This document shows positions 54,597 through 64,000 of a stretch of 64,000 nucleotides of DNA, one piece after another. The notes under the pieces are model-generated. The model was not told the origin of the DNA and did no database searches. It saw only the letters and a list, made by a program, of their open reading frames with translations. The first letter of the stretch is position 1. Every line of letters starts with the position of its first letter. The position numbers and the translations under genes were made by a program. The stretch comes from Octopus vulgaris. Lineage: Eukaryota. The stretch spans positions 96,410,001 through 96,474,000 of the forward strand of contig OX597814.1 in NCBI GenBank assembly GCA_951406725.2, in the 5' to 3' direction.

Positions 54597-54790
54597 GGTT
54601 TCAAATTTTGGTACAATGCAGCTATGTCGGGGAGGGAGTAAGAAGGTAAGTCGATTAGATCGACCCAAGTGCTCAAATGACAAATATTTTATCAGCCTCG
54701 AAAGGAAGAAAGGCAAAGTTGACTCGGCGGAATTTGAACACAGAACGTAATGCTGTTTGACATTTTGCGTGGCTTGCTAGCGATTCCGCT
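54597..54790 (-). mobile_element. SINE family A
   Basis: Similarity to other copies. Confidence 0.75.
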
Positions 54791-54863
54791 TTTATGCAAA
54801 TAAAAAAAAAATGTGGAAGAAAAGAAAATGAATAGTTAATAAAAAAACAATTCTTTTACTTAC

Positions 54864-54977
54864 ATAGAAACTATAAATTTTACTTTCAATGGAGTTTGCA
54901 CGATAAGATCTGTTGATGATACTGGAAATGTGAATTTCATGTAGACTTCACATTCAATGCTCATTACAGTGAAATAG
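54864..54977 (-). CDS. Probable exon of an unknown gene (acceptor position uncertain)
   Basis: Donor T/gtaagt; open frame YFTVMSIECEVYMKFTFPVSSTDLIVQTPLKVKFIVS, phase 2-2; alternative AG acceptors exist. Confidence 0.5.
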
Positions 54978-55077
54978 CTGAATCCGTTTTGACCTATGGG
55001 ACTTCTTAGTTAATTTTTTTTAATCCACTTCAGATTTGAAACAGTTTTTGTTTGACGCCAATATCATAAGCGATATA

Positions 55078-55256
55078 AGGTGGTGAGCTGGCAGAATTGT
55101 TAGCATGCCGGGCAAAATGCTCTGCGGCATTTAGTCAGTCTTTACATACTGAGTTCAAATGCCTTTCATCGGAGTCGATAAAATAGGTACTGGGGTCAAT
55201 GTAATCGATTTATCCCTTCTCCGAAATTGCTGTCCTTGTGCCAAAATTTGAAACCA
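55078..55256 (+). mobile_element. SINE family A
   Basis: GGTGGTGAGCTGGCAGAATTGTTAGCATGCC...AAATTTGAAACC. Confidence 0.85.
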
Positions 55257-55312
55257 ATATCATAAGTAATATAAAATTTCAGGAAGTTCAGTAAAATACA
55301 TAAATTTTTCAC

Positions 55313-55453
55313 CGACTTTCTCTGTGTGATTTAACAAAATTTGATGACACCTTCATAATTGGGTTCCAGGTGCAAACAACTTTGAATGAAGGAAAGAACC
55401 CAAATTCACAGATTCTCCATTTAATAAGCTTTCTGACACTTTCTTTGCCTAAA
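55313..55453 (-). CDS. Probable exon of an unknown gene (141 nt, phase 2-2)
   Basis: Acceptor ctcgctttcag, donor G/gtgaaa; LGKESVRKLIKWRICEFGFFPSFKVVCTWNPIMKVSSNFVKSHRES. Confidence 0.5.
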
Positions 55454-55580
55454 CTGAAAGCGAGCTATTAACATTGACAATAAATATTCCGTATTTTTAA
55501 AAAAACTTCTGAGGAGTTTGAGATTTAAGAAGTAGATCAAAAGTGTTGGCACCACTGAAATCATACATACACGATTTTAC

Positions 55581-55792
55581 TTGTGTTGAACTTGTTTTTG
55601 ATAATCTTCACATGCAGTCTGATCCTTGGCTTTTTGTTCAATGTTTGAATCTGTGGACCAAATAGCTTGGTATTTAGTTGCAACCGCATTAAAACCATAT
55701 AAAAGGCCTTTTGTTGATTTGCATGTGATGATCATCTGGTATCTGGTATTCTCTTTATAATGAGCATATGACTCTACCATAAGGTAACGCAG
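55581..55792 (-). CDS. Probable exon of an unknown gene (212 nt, phase 0-2)
   Basis: Acceptor ttctgtccag, donor A/gtaaaa; LRYLMVESYAHYKENTRYQMIITCKSTKGLLYGFNAVATKYQAIWSTD...ACEDYQKQVQH; an upstream ATG/gtaagt at 55980-55972 could supply the start. Confidence 0.6.
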
Positions 55793-56169
55793 CTGGACAG
55801 AATTACTACTGGTAGGTAAAAGTAGAAAAAATATATAAAAATAGAAAGAAAATTAATGCCTTTTGAAAACATTTAGCGCTGAATTTTCGACTAAATTTAG
55901 TGGATGCGTATACTATGCAATATAATCAGGAAATTCATTTAGCTCTTTAAACCTTGGTTGTAAGCTCCTATACTTACCATCTATATTGCTGTTATTGTTA
56001 AAACTTAGGTTACAGCAGCAACTGTCATCGTTGTCATTGATGATGATGACGGATAATGATTAAAAAAAAACATACAAATATACAAGTATATATAAATATG
56101 TATATATAAATTTATCTGAATTGAGTATGTGGATAATTTGAAAGCTAAATGGCAAGTTTTAACATTGGG

Positions 56170-56510
56170 AGTCTTTAGTTACACAATGTTGTTGATTTAT
56201 GTAGCCGTTGTCACTAGAGCTGCAGCGTCCTGTGTCGTTCTTGACAGTGTTATATACAATTGGCCATGCACTAACAGTTCAGTTAGGAAGAACGGGCCTA
56301 TTTTGCTCAGTGATTGACGTTGAAACTTATTAACTGTAACTGAGAAGACCACGCGAACTGGAACCTGTAAGGGTGAGTGGTAGTGTGGTGTCTGCAGATG
56401 TCAGTTTAAATCTTGATAAAATTACATGTCTTCCATAACATTCTCCTTTGGCAACAATATTCCCTTCAGTCATTTGTTCACATAAATAGGTATTAGAATT
56501 CTGAAAATAA
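56170..56510 (-). mobile_element. Helitron PIF1 helicase C-terminal remnant
   Basis: GRHVILSRFKLTSADTTLPL, then after a frameshift VTVNKFQRQSLSKIG..HGQLYITLSR. Confidence 0.8.
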
Positions 56511-57346
56511 CTCATTAACCTTATTTAAATTTCGCAATAATATTACAACATACCCGTTCTACAATAACTACTTCTTTCTCCTCTTAATTTTTACTTCATT
56601 CCGTTTTTTCTTTCCTTTGTCGATGGCGTCTTTGTTTCATTCGTGATTATCTTTGGTTGCCGTTCGTAATTCATAATGTATATGTATAAATAGACTAATG
56701 TTTTCAGGATAGGCACAACAGTTTTTAGTAATTGTTGTTTTAGAATTGTTGGTTAAAAGTTGAATTGTTTATCGTATCTATTGTGATAGGGATATAGATT
56801 CTGTAATAAAAGGAAATCTTTCACAAGAGAGAAAAATAGCGCTCACTGACAAAAAAATATTACAGAAAGTCAAAAAGCGACATGCTGATGTATGAGTGAT
56901 TTTCAGGGCTGATCGAGTTTCCTAAAGATAGTATCAGAAAAAAAAATGAAACATTTAATAATAATATTTCTACGCAAGACAAACCTTTCTCATACACAGT
57001 GTATGTAAAAAAAAAAGATAGAAGTATAATTTTAGCAAAGCCAATACCAAAGTGAATACTTTAAATTTCCAAGAATCCCACCACCTTACACACACACACA
57101 CATACGCGCGCTTGCTTGCACACACTTGCACATTTTATTGCGAAGTGACATGAAAGGTAGTTTCAGATTATTGTTGAATTTCAAAGTCAAAGCATATCAT
57201 ATTAGTAATACTTATTTCTACAGTTTAACGTTGATATTATTCTACATTAATATAAACTTGTTATTTGAGCTATAGTTTTACGTAACGGTCTAAGTGTAAA
57301 GTAAAAACAGTACACAACAAAATGTTTATTACCTGTCTATTCATCT

Positions 57347-57772
57347 TGACTTGATTTAATAGGGTTACTAATTATCAGTTCATTTGCCAACAGAATGTGG
57401 CAGTCCTATAATGGACGATGTTACGACTGTTTAAGCCCCAGGAAAACATCTTTTCCAGCTGGCTATTGACACACAGTCTGTGTCCGTATAGTGTTTCCAA
57501 GGGATGTTATCGCTCCCTTCTCCAGCCAGTGATTGTCTCACACTGAGGACGGGTATATACCCAGAAACCATGGTCTGTGAATATCACGTAAGGCTGGAGA
57601 TGGGAGCGATGACCACCCTTGCAAACACTAATCGGACACAGACTGTGTGTCGATAGCCAGCTGGAAAAGATGTTTTCCTAGGTCTTAAACAGCAGTATCA
57701 TCGTCCTTTATAGGACTGTCACATTCTGTTGGCAAATGAACTGATAATTAGTTACCCTATTAAATCAAATCA
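57347..57772. repeat. Long inverted repeat: 181-bp arms (57347-57527, 57592-57772), 64-bp spacer
   Basis: The arms are reverse complements with roughly 15 mismatches by eye; 57773-57835 is a further partial, diverged copy of the arm. Confidence 0.95.
57529..57587 (+). ncRNA. Type I hammerhead ribozyme, GUC site (cut after 57575)
   Basis: CUGAGGA 57543-49; stem II GGG/CCC with loop UAUAUA and a C.A at 10.1-11.1; GAAA 57564-67; palindromic stem III ACCAUGGU; stem I UCACA/UGUGA, internal loop, then GUGAU/AUCAC. Confidence 0.8.
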
Positions 57773-58329
57773 ATGGGGTTTAAACAACAGTAACATCGGC
57801 CTTGATAGGATCGCCACATTCTGTTGGTTAATAAACTTTACTATTCCGTACTGTTACTGTATATCTCTCGCTGAGAGATTTAAAACAAGTTATTATCAGT
57901 GTCGACAGTATATTAATTATCCATTGTCAATGGGTTTACAGTTCTACACCTCTAATTTATAGTGTATTATTAATGCTATGAATAATCTAATTCGTTCAAC
58001 CGATTCTATTTATGAGAGAAAAAAATTAATCTTTGTTGTCTTATGACGAGTTTAAAGCACCGAAAGGGGAAAATCATTATGGTAAATCTATCAATTAGCA
58101 TCCGACAAGAGTTAACTCTACTCATTTACAGTTGTCATTCAATTCGATTTTTGTAATGTTTTTGATTTAAATGCATTGGAACTCAGATTGTTTTGAATGT
58201 TGTATCAACTTCAAGCACCCAGTTGTTCATAAAAGGTGAAGGTTTATATTACTATAGTGATACAGCATGTACAGAATCACTGAATTGGAATTAAAAGCTT
58301 CAAAGCGTTTAGAGCAAAAAACCTTGAAT

Positions 58330-59150
58330 ATGCAGGGCTTTTACTAAATGCTGTGCTGTTCAGACGTGAAACGGGGCAAGACAAGATGGTGAAGTGGCAA
58401 TAGATGACGAAGACGATGTAGACATTCGACAAATCTGCTCGACCTTTCAGATATAGCTTCCTCTTATCCCATTTCAGAGTGAGACTGGCCACTCTGCTCG
58501 TTACCTCGTTATAGTTCTTGTCCAGTTGGAGATTTTGACCTAACAAAAGCTCGAGTAATTTAACTGGTCCTTCAATTCGACGTCCTACGACACTGTCAGA
58601 TGGCATGAGCTGCCTCTCCAAGTACAGAGCTGCATTCCTTCTGACTTATGTCGGCTAATCTTTGCTCCTATCACCTCGATGTGTTTGGTGTCCGATACTA
58701 ATACTTATTTCTTTATTACCCACAAGGGGCTAAACATAGAGGGGACAAATAAGGACAGACATAGGTATTAAGTCGATTACATCGACCCCAGTGCGTAACT
58801 GGTACTTAATTTATAGACCCTGAAAGGATGAAAGGTAAAGTCGACCTCGGCGGAATTTGAACTCACAACGTAACGGCAAACGAAATACTGCTAAGCATTT
58901 CGCCCTGAGTGCTAACGTTTCTGCCAGCTCGCCGCCTTACTAATACTGTGCGATACTAATACTGTGCGGTCCGATACTAATACTGTGCGGTCGTCCACAT
59001 ACATCGACACAGAACTTCCACACCCGAAATCATACGTAATCTCCCTTATCCTACCTAATTTCCGCAATAGTGGCTCTAGAATCAATGTATACGAAAGACG
59101 CGCGAGTGAACTACCTTGACTGACTGAGCGCATGTTATGATTTCTGCATA
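58330..59150 (-). mobile_element. Tx1/L1-clade LINE RT fragment, interrupted by a SINE
   Basis: SVSQGSSLARLSYTLILEPLLRKL..SMYVDD; VVGRRIEGPVKLL..EVTSRVASL..LYLKGRA. Confidence 0.8.
58706..58938 (-). mobile_element. Full-length SINE family A with a 9-bp TSD
   Basis: TSD ACTAATACT at 58697-58705 and 58939-58947. Confidence 0.92.
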
Positions 59151-59679
59151 CATCTGCGAATCCATTTCCACTTTGTTTGTAAGGTTCGGTGTTTACCGTG
59201 TTTATTGTATTATAGTTTCTTCTGGTAGCGGTGTTGTTGGTGGTAGAGGTTGTATTAGTCTCAGTATTCTCTCTGTCTTGAGTGTCAAAGTTGTTGTTCT
59301 TAATAGTATTTATAATGATGTGGAGTGTGTTGGTAGTGTTGCCATTCCTTTGCGTTTTGTTGTTGTTCTTGTCATTGATACCTTTATTCTTATATTTTCT
59401 GTTGACTGTAACAGTTTGTAATTGGAAACAATTTTCATAATGGCTCTTCCAAGAGTCATCTCCTCTCCTGAATTGAGACGTCAAAATTCGTCCCGAAAGG
59501 GCAACATTTTCATTTAGTCAACTAGCCTCAGATGATACTGGTTCGTTTAATAACAAAATAGTACAACAAAAATCAAAACAACTTTGCTCTTTACGACAAC
59601 ATTCGTTTACGAGCTCCAAATCGACGTTTTTTACTTGCAAATGCAACAAAATCAACAACAACAATAATAACCCTTTCTA

Positions 59680-59810
59680 CTAAAGGTACAAGGTCTGAAA
59701 TTTTGAGGGAGGGAACTAGTCGATTACAAAGACCCCATTTTTTTCATTGGTACTTAATTTATTGACCCCGAAAGTATGAAAAGCAAAGTCATCCTCGGTT
59801 GAATTTTAAT
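59680..59810 (-). mobile_element. SINE family A 3' fragment
   Basis: Similarity to other copies. Confidence 0.7.
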
Positions 59811-59865
59811 GATAATAATAATAATGATGATGATGATGATAATGATGATGATGATGATGATGATG

Positions 59866-59936
<71 letters not shown>

Positions 59937-59950
59937 AAGAAGAAGAAGAA
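59810..59950. repeat. Compound trinucleotide array (GAT)n(AAT)n(GAA)n
   Basis: Direct reading. Confidence 0.95.
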
Positions 59951-60790
59951 CAGGGTGAAGGAAGTGTAGCAACTGTTGTTGCAAAGAAAGTAAAATTAAT
60001 TGTAAAGGTGGGATTAGAAACCTCTGCATAGCAAATATGTGGCCCGTAGCAAACAAGCTGATATTGACCAGCAGCTTACCCATCAATGGCTACGAAGCTC
60101 AGAGCTAAAGGCAGAGGGTGAAGGCTTCATTTTAGCTGCTCATGATCAAAGCTTATAGTCCCGGAACTACCAATTCAATGTAATGAAAAATGGAGTCGAT
60201 CCAAAGTGCGAATTCTGCAATGATGAGAATGAAACAGTGGACCACTTAATCTCTGGATGTTAATATGTTGGTATTATAAAATCAAAACTGTTGGCAAGTG
60301 GTATAAGCATCACTCTGAGGCTGTAGCTGAGTGAGAGAATACAACAATTCTTTGTTACTGTCCTGTATATCCAGACAGAACCAGCGAAGCTAATAAACTG
60401 GATATTATTGTAAGCGAAAACAATATTAGAATTTGTTTATTGATTGACATGAATATTCCTTGTGATAATAATATTGCAACAAATGTAACATCTGAAGATG
60501 GTTACAATACCAGTGGTTGTAGCAGCATTAGAAATGATCAAAGAATGGACTCAAAATTATTTGAGAATGATTCCTGGCTTACCATCTCAGCAAGAAGCGC
60601 AAAATATTGTTTTAACTGGTGCGTCACACGCAATGAGAGAAGCATTGTCGCTGTGAGAAGGCTAATCTTCCATATGAATAATCTGGTGTGTTTACTTTAA
60701 TGGCCTATCAAGTTATATACAGTGAGTTTCTTTGTCCTAGGTGTCAGGAAGACACTCAGTAAGAAATGAAAACAAGATTGAAGGAAGAAG
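59950..60790 (+). mobile_element. R4/Dong-clade LINE 3' fragment (CCHC finger and RLE endonuclease region)
   Basis: HQWLRSSELKAEGEGFILAAHDQSL, DPKCEFCNDENETVDHLISGC, LIDMNIPCDNNIA; trinucleotide tail. Confidence 0.85.
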
Positions 60791-60807
60791 AAAACTCATA
60801 ATAATAA

Positions 60808-60880
<73 letters not shown>

Positions 60881-60881
60881 T

Positions 60882-60917
<36 letters not shown>

Positions 60918-60946
60918 TTAGTAGTAGTATTTTGTAGAAGTAGTAT

Positions 60947-61005
<59 letters not shown>
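60787..61005. repeat. (TAG)n array with an embedded (CAG)n
   Basis: Direct reading. Confidence 0.95.
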
Positions 61006-61469
61006 ACAAGTCTAATAATATATTTAAACTTTTTGGTAAACAAACTGTTACACAAAACAATCTCAAACGACCTCAATCTGCCGTGAGTTGTGCAACAGCC
61101 AATGTTAGTAAGTAAAGTTTGTGCTTTGATGTAGAAACCGAGTGTTGTAAAATATTTAATACTGTGTCTGTGGCTAACATTGTGTAGACAATAAGAGTTA
61201 TGAGTAACACTGATAACAACTCGAAAAACATATATTTTCCACTTTGTTACATGTATATAACTTTGTTTGTTTACTGCTTTGATAAGCATTTTGAACCAAG
61301 AGATTTTCTTTTAACAGGTTATACGACTTGAAATAATAAGCTCCGAAGATTTTTTATTGTTAAATAAATTATATTAACAAAAAAGTTATAAACAGTGATA
61401 ATTAGCTAACTAGAACGTGATACAAATGGGAGCCTGCCCTGTAACTACATAATGTTGTTAAACAGCTCT

Positions 61470-61915
61470 CAATGAGTGAAGAAAAGAGCCCTAGGGGGTA
61501 TACATAATACTTAACTTCACATATTGTGTGACCTGGAAGATCAGCTAACAAGTGCAAAAGTTTATCAATGCTGTAGAGATGTGGTTTCCTAGACGAATGA
61601 TGAAGGTGCCAAATGCAGATAAACTGACAAACGTCGAAATGCTTGAAGGAACAAAGACCACCAGAAAACTTAACAAAAGGAGACAACAGACTCACTTTGT
61701 TGGACATCATATGAGAAGAAAAAAACGTTAAGCATTTGGTGACAACCGAATAAGAAGAAGAAAAAGAAGAAGCCGGGGAAGACGGAGAAAAGAGTCTTGA
61801 TGACTTTAACTGCTGGCTTCAAAAAGACCAGCTAACGTTCTAAGTTATGTGTGGGAAGGGAGGGAGGGAGGGAGGGGAAGTACATGATCGCCAATGCTTG
61901 CAGGCACAACACATG
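61470..61915 (+). mobile_element. RTE-X-like LINE 3' fragment
   Basis: TWKIS..INAVEMWFPRRMMKV..TNVEML..HFVGHHMRRK..MIANACRH. Confidence 0.75.
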
Positions 61916-62169
61916 TAAATGAAAACGGAAAAGAAGATATTGATAAATAAATAAAATGTTAAAACGCTTTCAAAGAGATTTCGACAAATTGTTTCATTCG
62001 GCATACAGGAAGATAGCTTAAAGGAAACTTTTCAGCTAGATTACATTGCTTAATACAATTTTTGTCCTTGGGTAGCAACTGCTATTTCCTATTTGCTTAC
62101 CCCTTGGAAGTAATGAAAAATGGCTAATATTTCCTTCAAACTTGCTTTTGTTACATTTATTCCAACCCC

Positions 62170-62335
62170 GAAGAATCCCTCTCAACACATGGCTATGATA
62201 CTCTCCAACTACACCTACACATGGTCAGAGATGCACATATTGTCAGCCACAAAGGAATACTTAAGTGGTTAAGGCCAAGCAACTGACAAGCAAATTTGTG
62301 GTATTGAGCAGAATATTCGCTATAACGATATTTCT
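62170..62335 (+). repeat. Partial copy of the 7812-8352 dispersed repeat
   Basis: Reverse-complement similarity to 7890-8070. Confidence 0.75.
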
Positions 62336-62554
62336 GCTTCAGCTACTCCGTACTGAATCTGTCTGAAATGTAATGGAAAATAGGCCAGTTTGAAAACATT
62401 GGTGTCCAGGTCACAAAAGTAAAGTTTGAGGGGAATAATAGTCATTTCTTTTGCTTTTTAGATAGAAGAAAATAGGAAATAATACTTACTGACCAAAGAC
62501 CAAAAAAAAAAAAAAATTAAAGTTTTGTGACATAGTATTATTATTAGAGTGTTT

Positions 62555-62766
62555 GTGAAGGCGGAATGCTGACAGAATCGTTACCACGCCGGGCAGAATG
62601 CTTAGTGGCATTTCATCCGTCTTTATGTTCAAATTCCGATGCGGCCGACTTTGCCTTGCATCCTTCCAGAGTCGATAAAATAAGTACTGGTCGAGCATCT
62701 GGGGTCGATGTAATTGACTTAACCCTTCACTCGATATTTCTGGCCTCGTGCCAAAATTTGAAACCA
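62555..62766 (+). mobile_element. SINE family A
   Basis: GAAGGCGG..GCTGACAGAATCGTTACCACGCCGGGC..GTTCAAATTCCG. Confidence 0.85.
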
Positions 62767-63317
62767 TTATTAAAGTGTTCGTGTATATGATTAGACTATT
62801 TATGAATGCACTGTAGTGTTTCGTTAGCTTTTACTGTAGTGGAGCATAAAAAAAAAATCTAATCTAAGTGTGACATCTAGCAAATAAATTAGTCTTGACT
62901 GTCCTTCACTGTAGTAGAAAAACTGGGTTGCTTTAAAAATTTTGATGAAATTCTTAAGGATGTTGATTTGAACTTGTTGACAGTCGCTTTCATCTGTGTT
63001 GCAAAATAAAGATAAAAATTGATCATTCAGCAAAAATTATCACTCCACCCAAGCTTTCAGAGTCAAATTTATTACGTCTGTCAAATCTCTACCACTCTAC
63101 CTTGAACTTCGATGCCATCACAGAAAATTCCACCCACTTGCCGAAACATCCTACATTATCTCTTCCTTTTAAAATTATTCCTTCACTCATTCATTTATTG
63201 CATAAAAGGTTAAGTCCAAGAAATGCTCTTATATTTCATTGTTTGAATAATCCTTTCTCTCGAAAAACTTCGAAGCCACTACAAATAAAATCTCTAAGTG
63301 TATATATATAGAGAGAG

Positions 63318-64000
63318 AGCATAATTAAATCTCAGAATGAGATTGAAACAGTAATCACTCGATAATGTAAAGTATAGAAGCCATCTTATCATGGCTAACC
63401 ACATTGGGGAGGGGGTGTTACTGTAGCTTTATAGCCCCAAGAGATCGTCGTCTCTAGCTGGCTTTAGACACAATATCAGTGCCTTGGAGTATTTGCAAAG
63501 GGAGGCCATCCTTCCTCGCAAGCCTGAGTGATACGCTCGAACTAGTTTCGGGATTTTTGTCCCTTGTCAACGGGCGGTAACCACCAGGTCGCGATGAAAG
63601 TGAAGGCTGCTTTGCAAATATATAAGTTTTTCTAGTGGCGTCTGCCACTGATGTCGAAAAACTAACAGTAAGCATAATTAAATCTCAGAATGAGATTGAA
63701 ACAGTAATCTCTCGATAATGTAGAAGCCATCTTATCATGGCTAACCACATTGGGGAGGGGGTGTTACTGTAGGTTTATTCTGAGATTTAATTATGCTTAC
63801 TGTTAGTTTTTCGACATCAGTGGCAGACGCCACTAGAAAAACTTATATATTTGCAAAGCAGTCTTCACTTTCATCGCGACCTGGTGGTTACCGCCCATTG
63901 ACAAGGGACAAAAATCCCGAAACTAGTTCGAGCGTATCACTCAGGCTTGCGAGGAAGGGATGGCCTCCCTTTGCAAATACTCCAAGACATTGATATTGTG
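63318..64000. repeat. 353-bp unit in 1.3 tandem copies followed by an inverted copy (Penelope pLTR / retrozyme-like)
   Basis: Direct repeat 63318-63426 / 63671-63772; inverted arms 63469-63691 / 63777-64000 (runs off the window). Confidence 0.92.
63527..63585 (-). ncRNA. Type I hammerhead fold with a decayed core (UUGACAA for CUGANGA)
   Basis: Stem II GGGA/UCCC, GAAA, palindrome AACUAGUU, stem I CGCCCG/CGAGCG plus GGUGGU/AUCACU; mirror copy on + at about 63883-63941. Confidence 0.55.

Noticed and set aside
56330-56510. Apparent exon after ttattttcag upstream of the candidate gene
   Set aside because: The peptide continues after a frameshift into HGQLYITLSR, so it is a Helitron PIF1 remnant.

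Overview
AT-rich, microsatellite-dense eukaryotic genomic DNA. The SINE families and repeat style fit a coleoid cephalopod (Octopus-like); this is inferred from recalled repeat sequences, not from a search. The window is mostly transposon debris: four mariner copies, four Helitron pieces, Chapaev3, Tigger/pogo, an unclassified transposase-like remnant, two copies of a MITE with 9-bp target duplications, LINE fragments (RTE, CR1, L2-like, Tx1, R4/Dong, Penelope GIY-YIG) and many tRNA-derived SINEs. A probable spliced host gene of unknown product lies on the minus strand at about 53.5-56.0 kb. The most notable signal is a set of short non-coding repeats carrying type I hammerhead ribozyme motifs. 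These are a near-intact hammerhead at the apex of a 181-bp inverted repeat (57.3-57.8 kb), a 305-bp tandem unit with hammerheads and a palindromic stem III (39.4-39.8 kb), and a 353-bp tandem-plus-inverted unit with decayed cores (63.3-64.0 kb) that is homologous to the 57 kb element. They look like retrozyme or Penelope-terminal elements. No prokaryotic features, CRISPR arrays, rRNA or true tRNA genes were found. All alignments, translations outside the ORF track and folds were done by eye.
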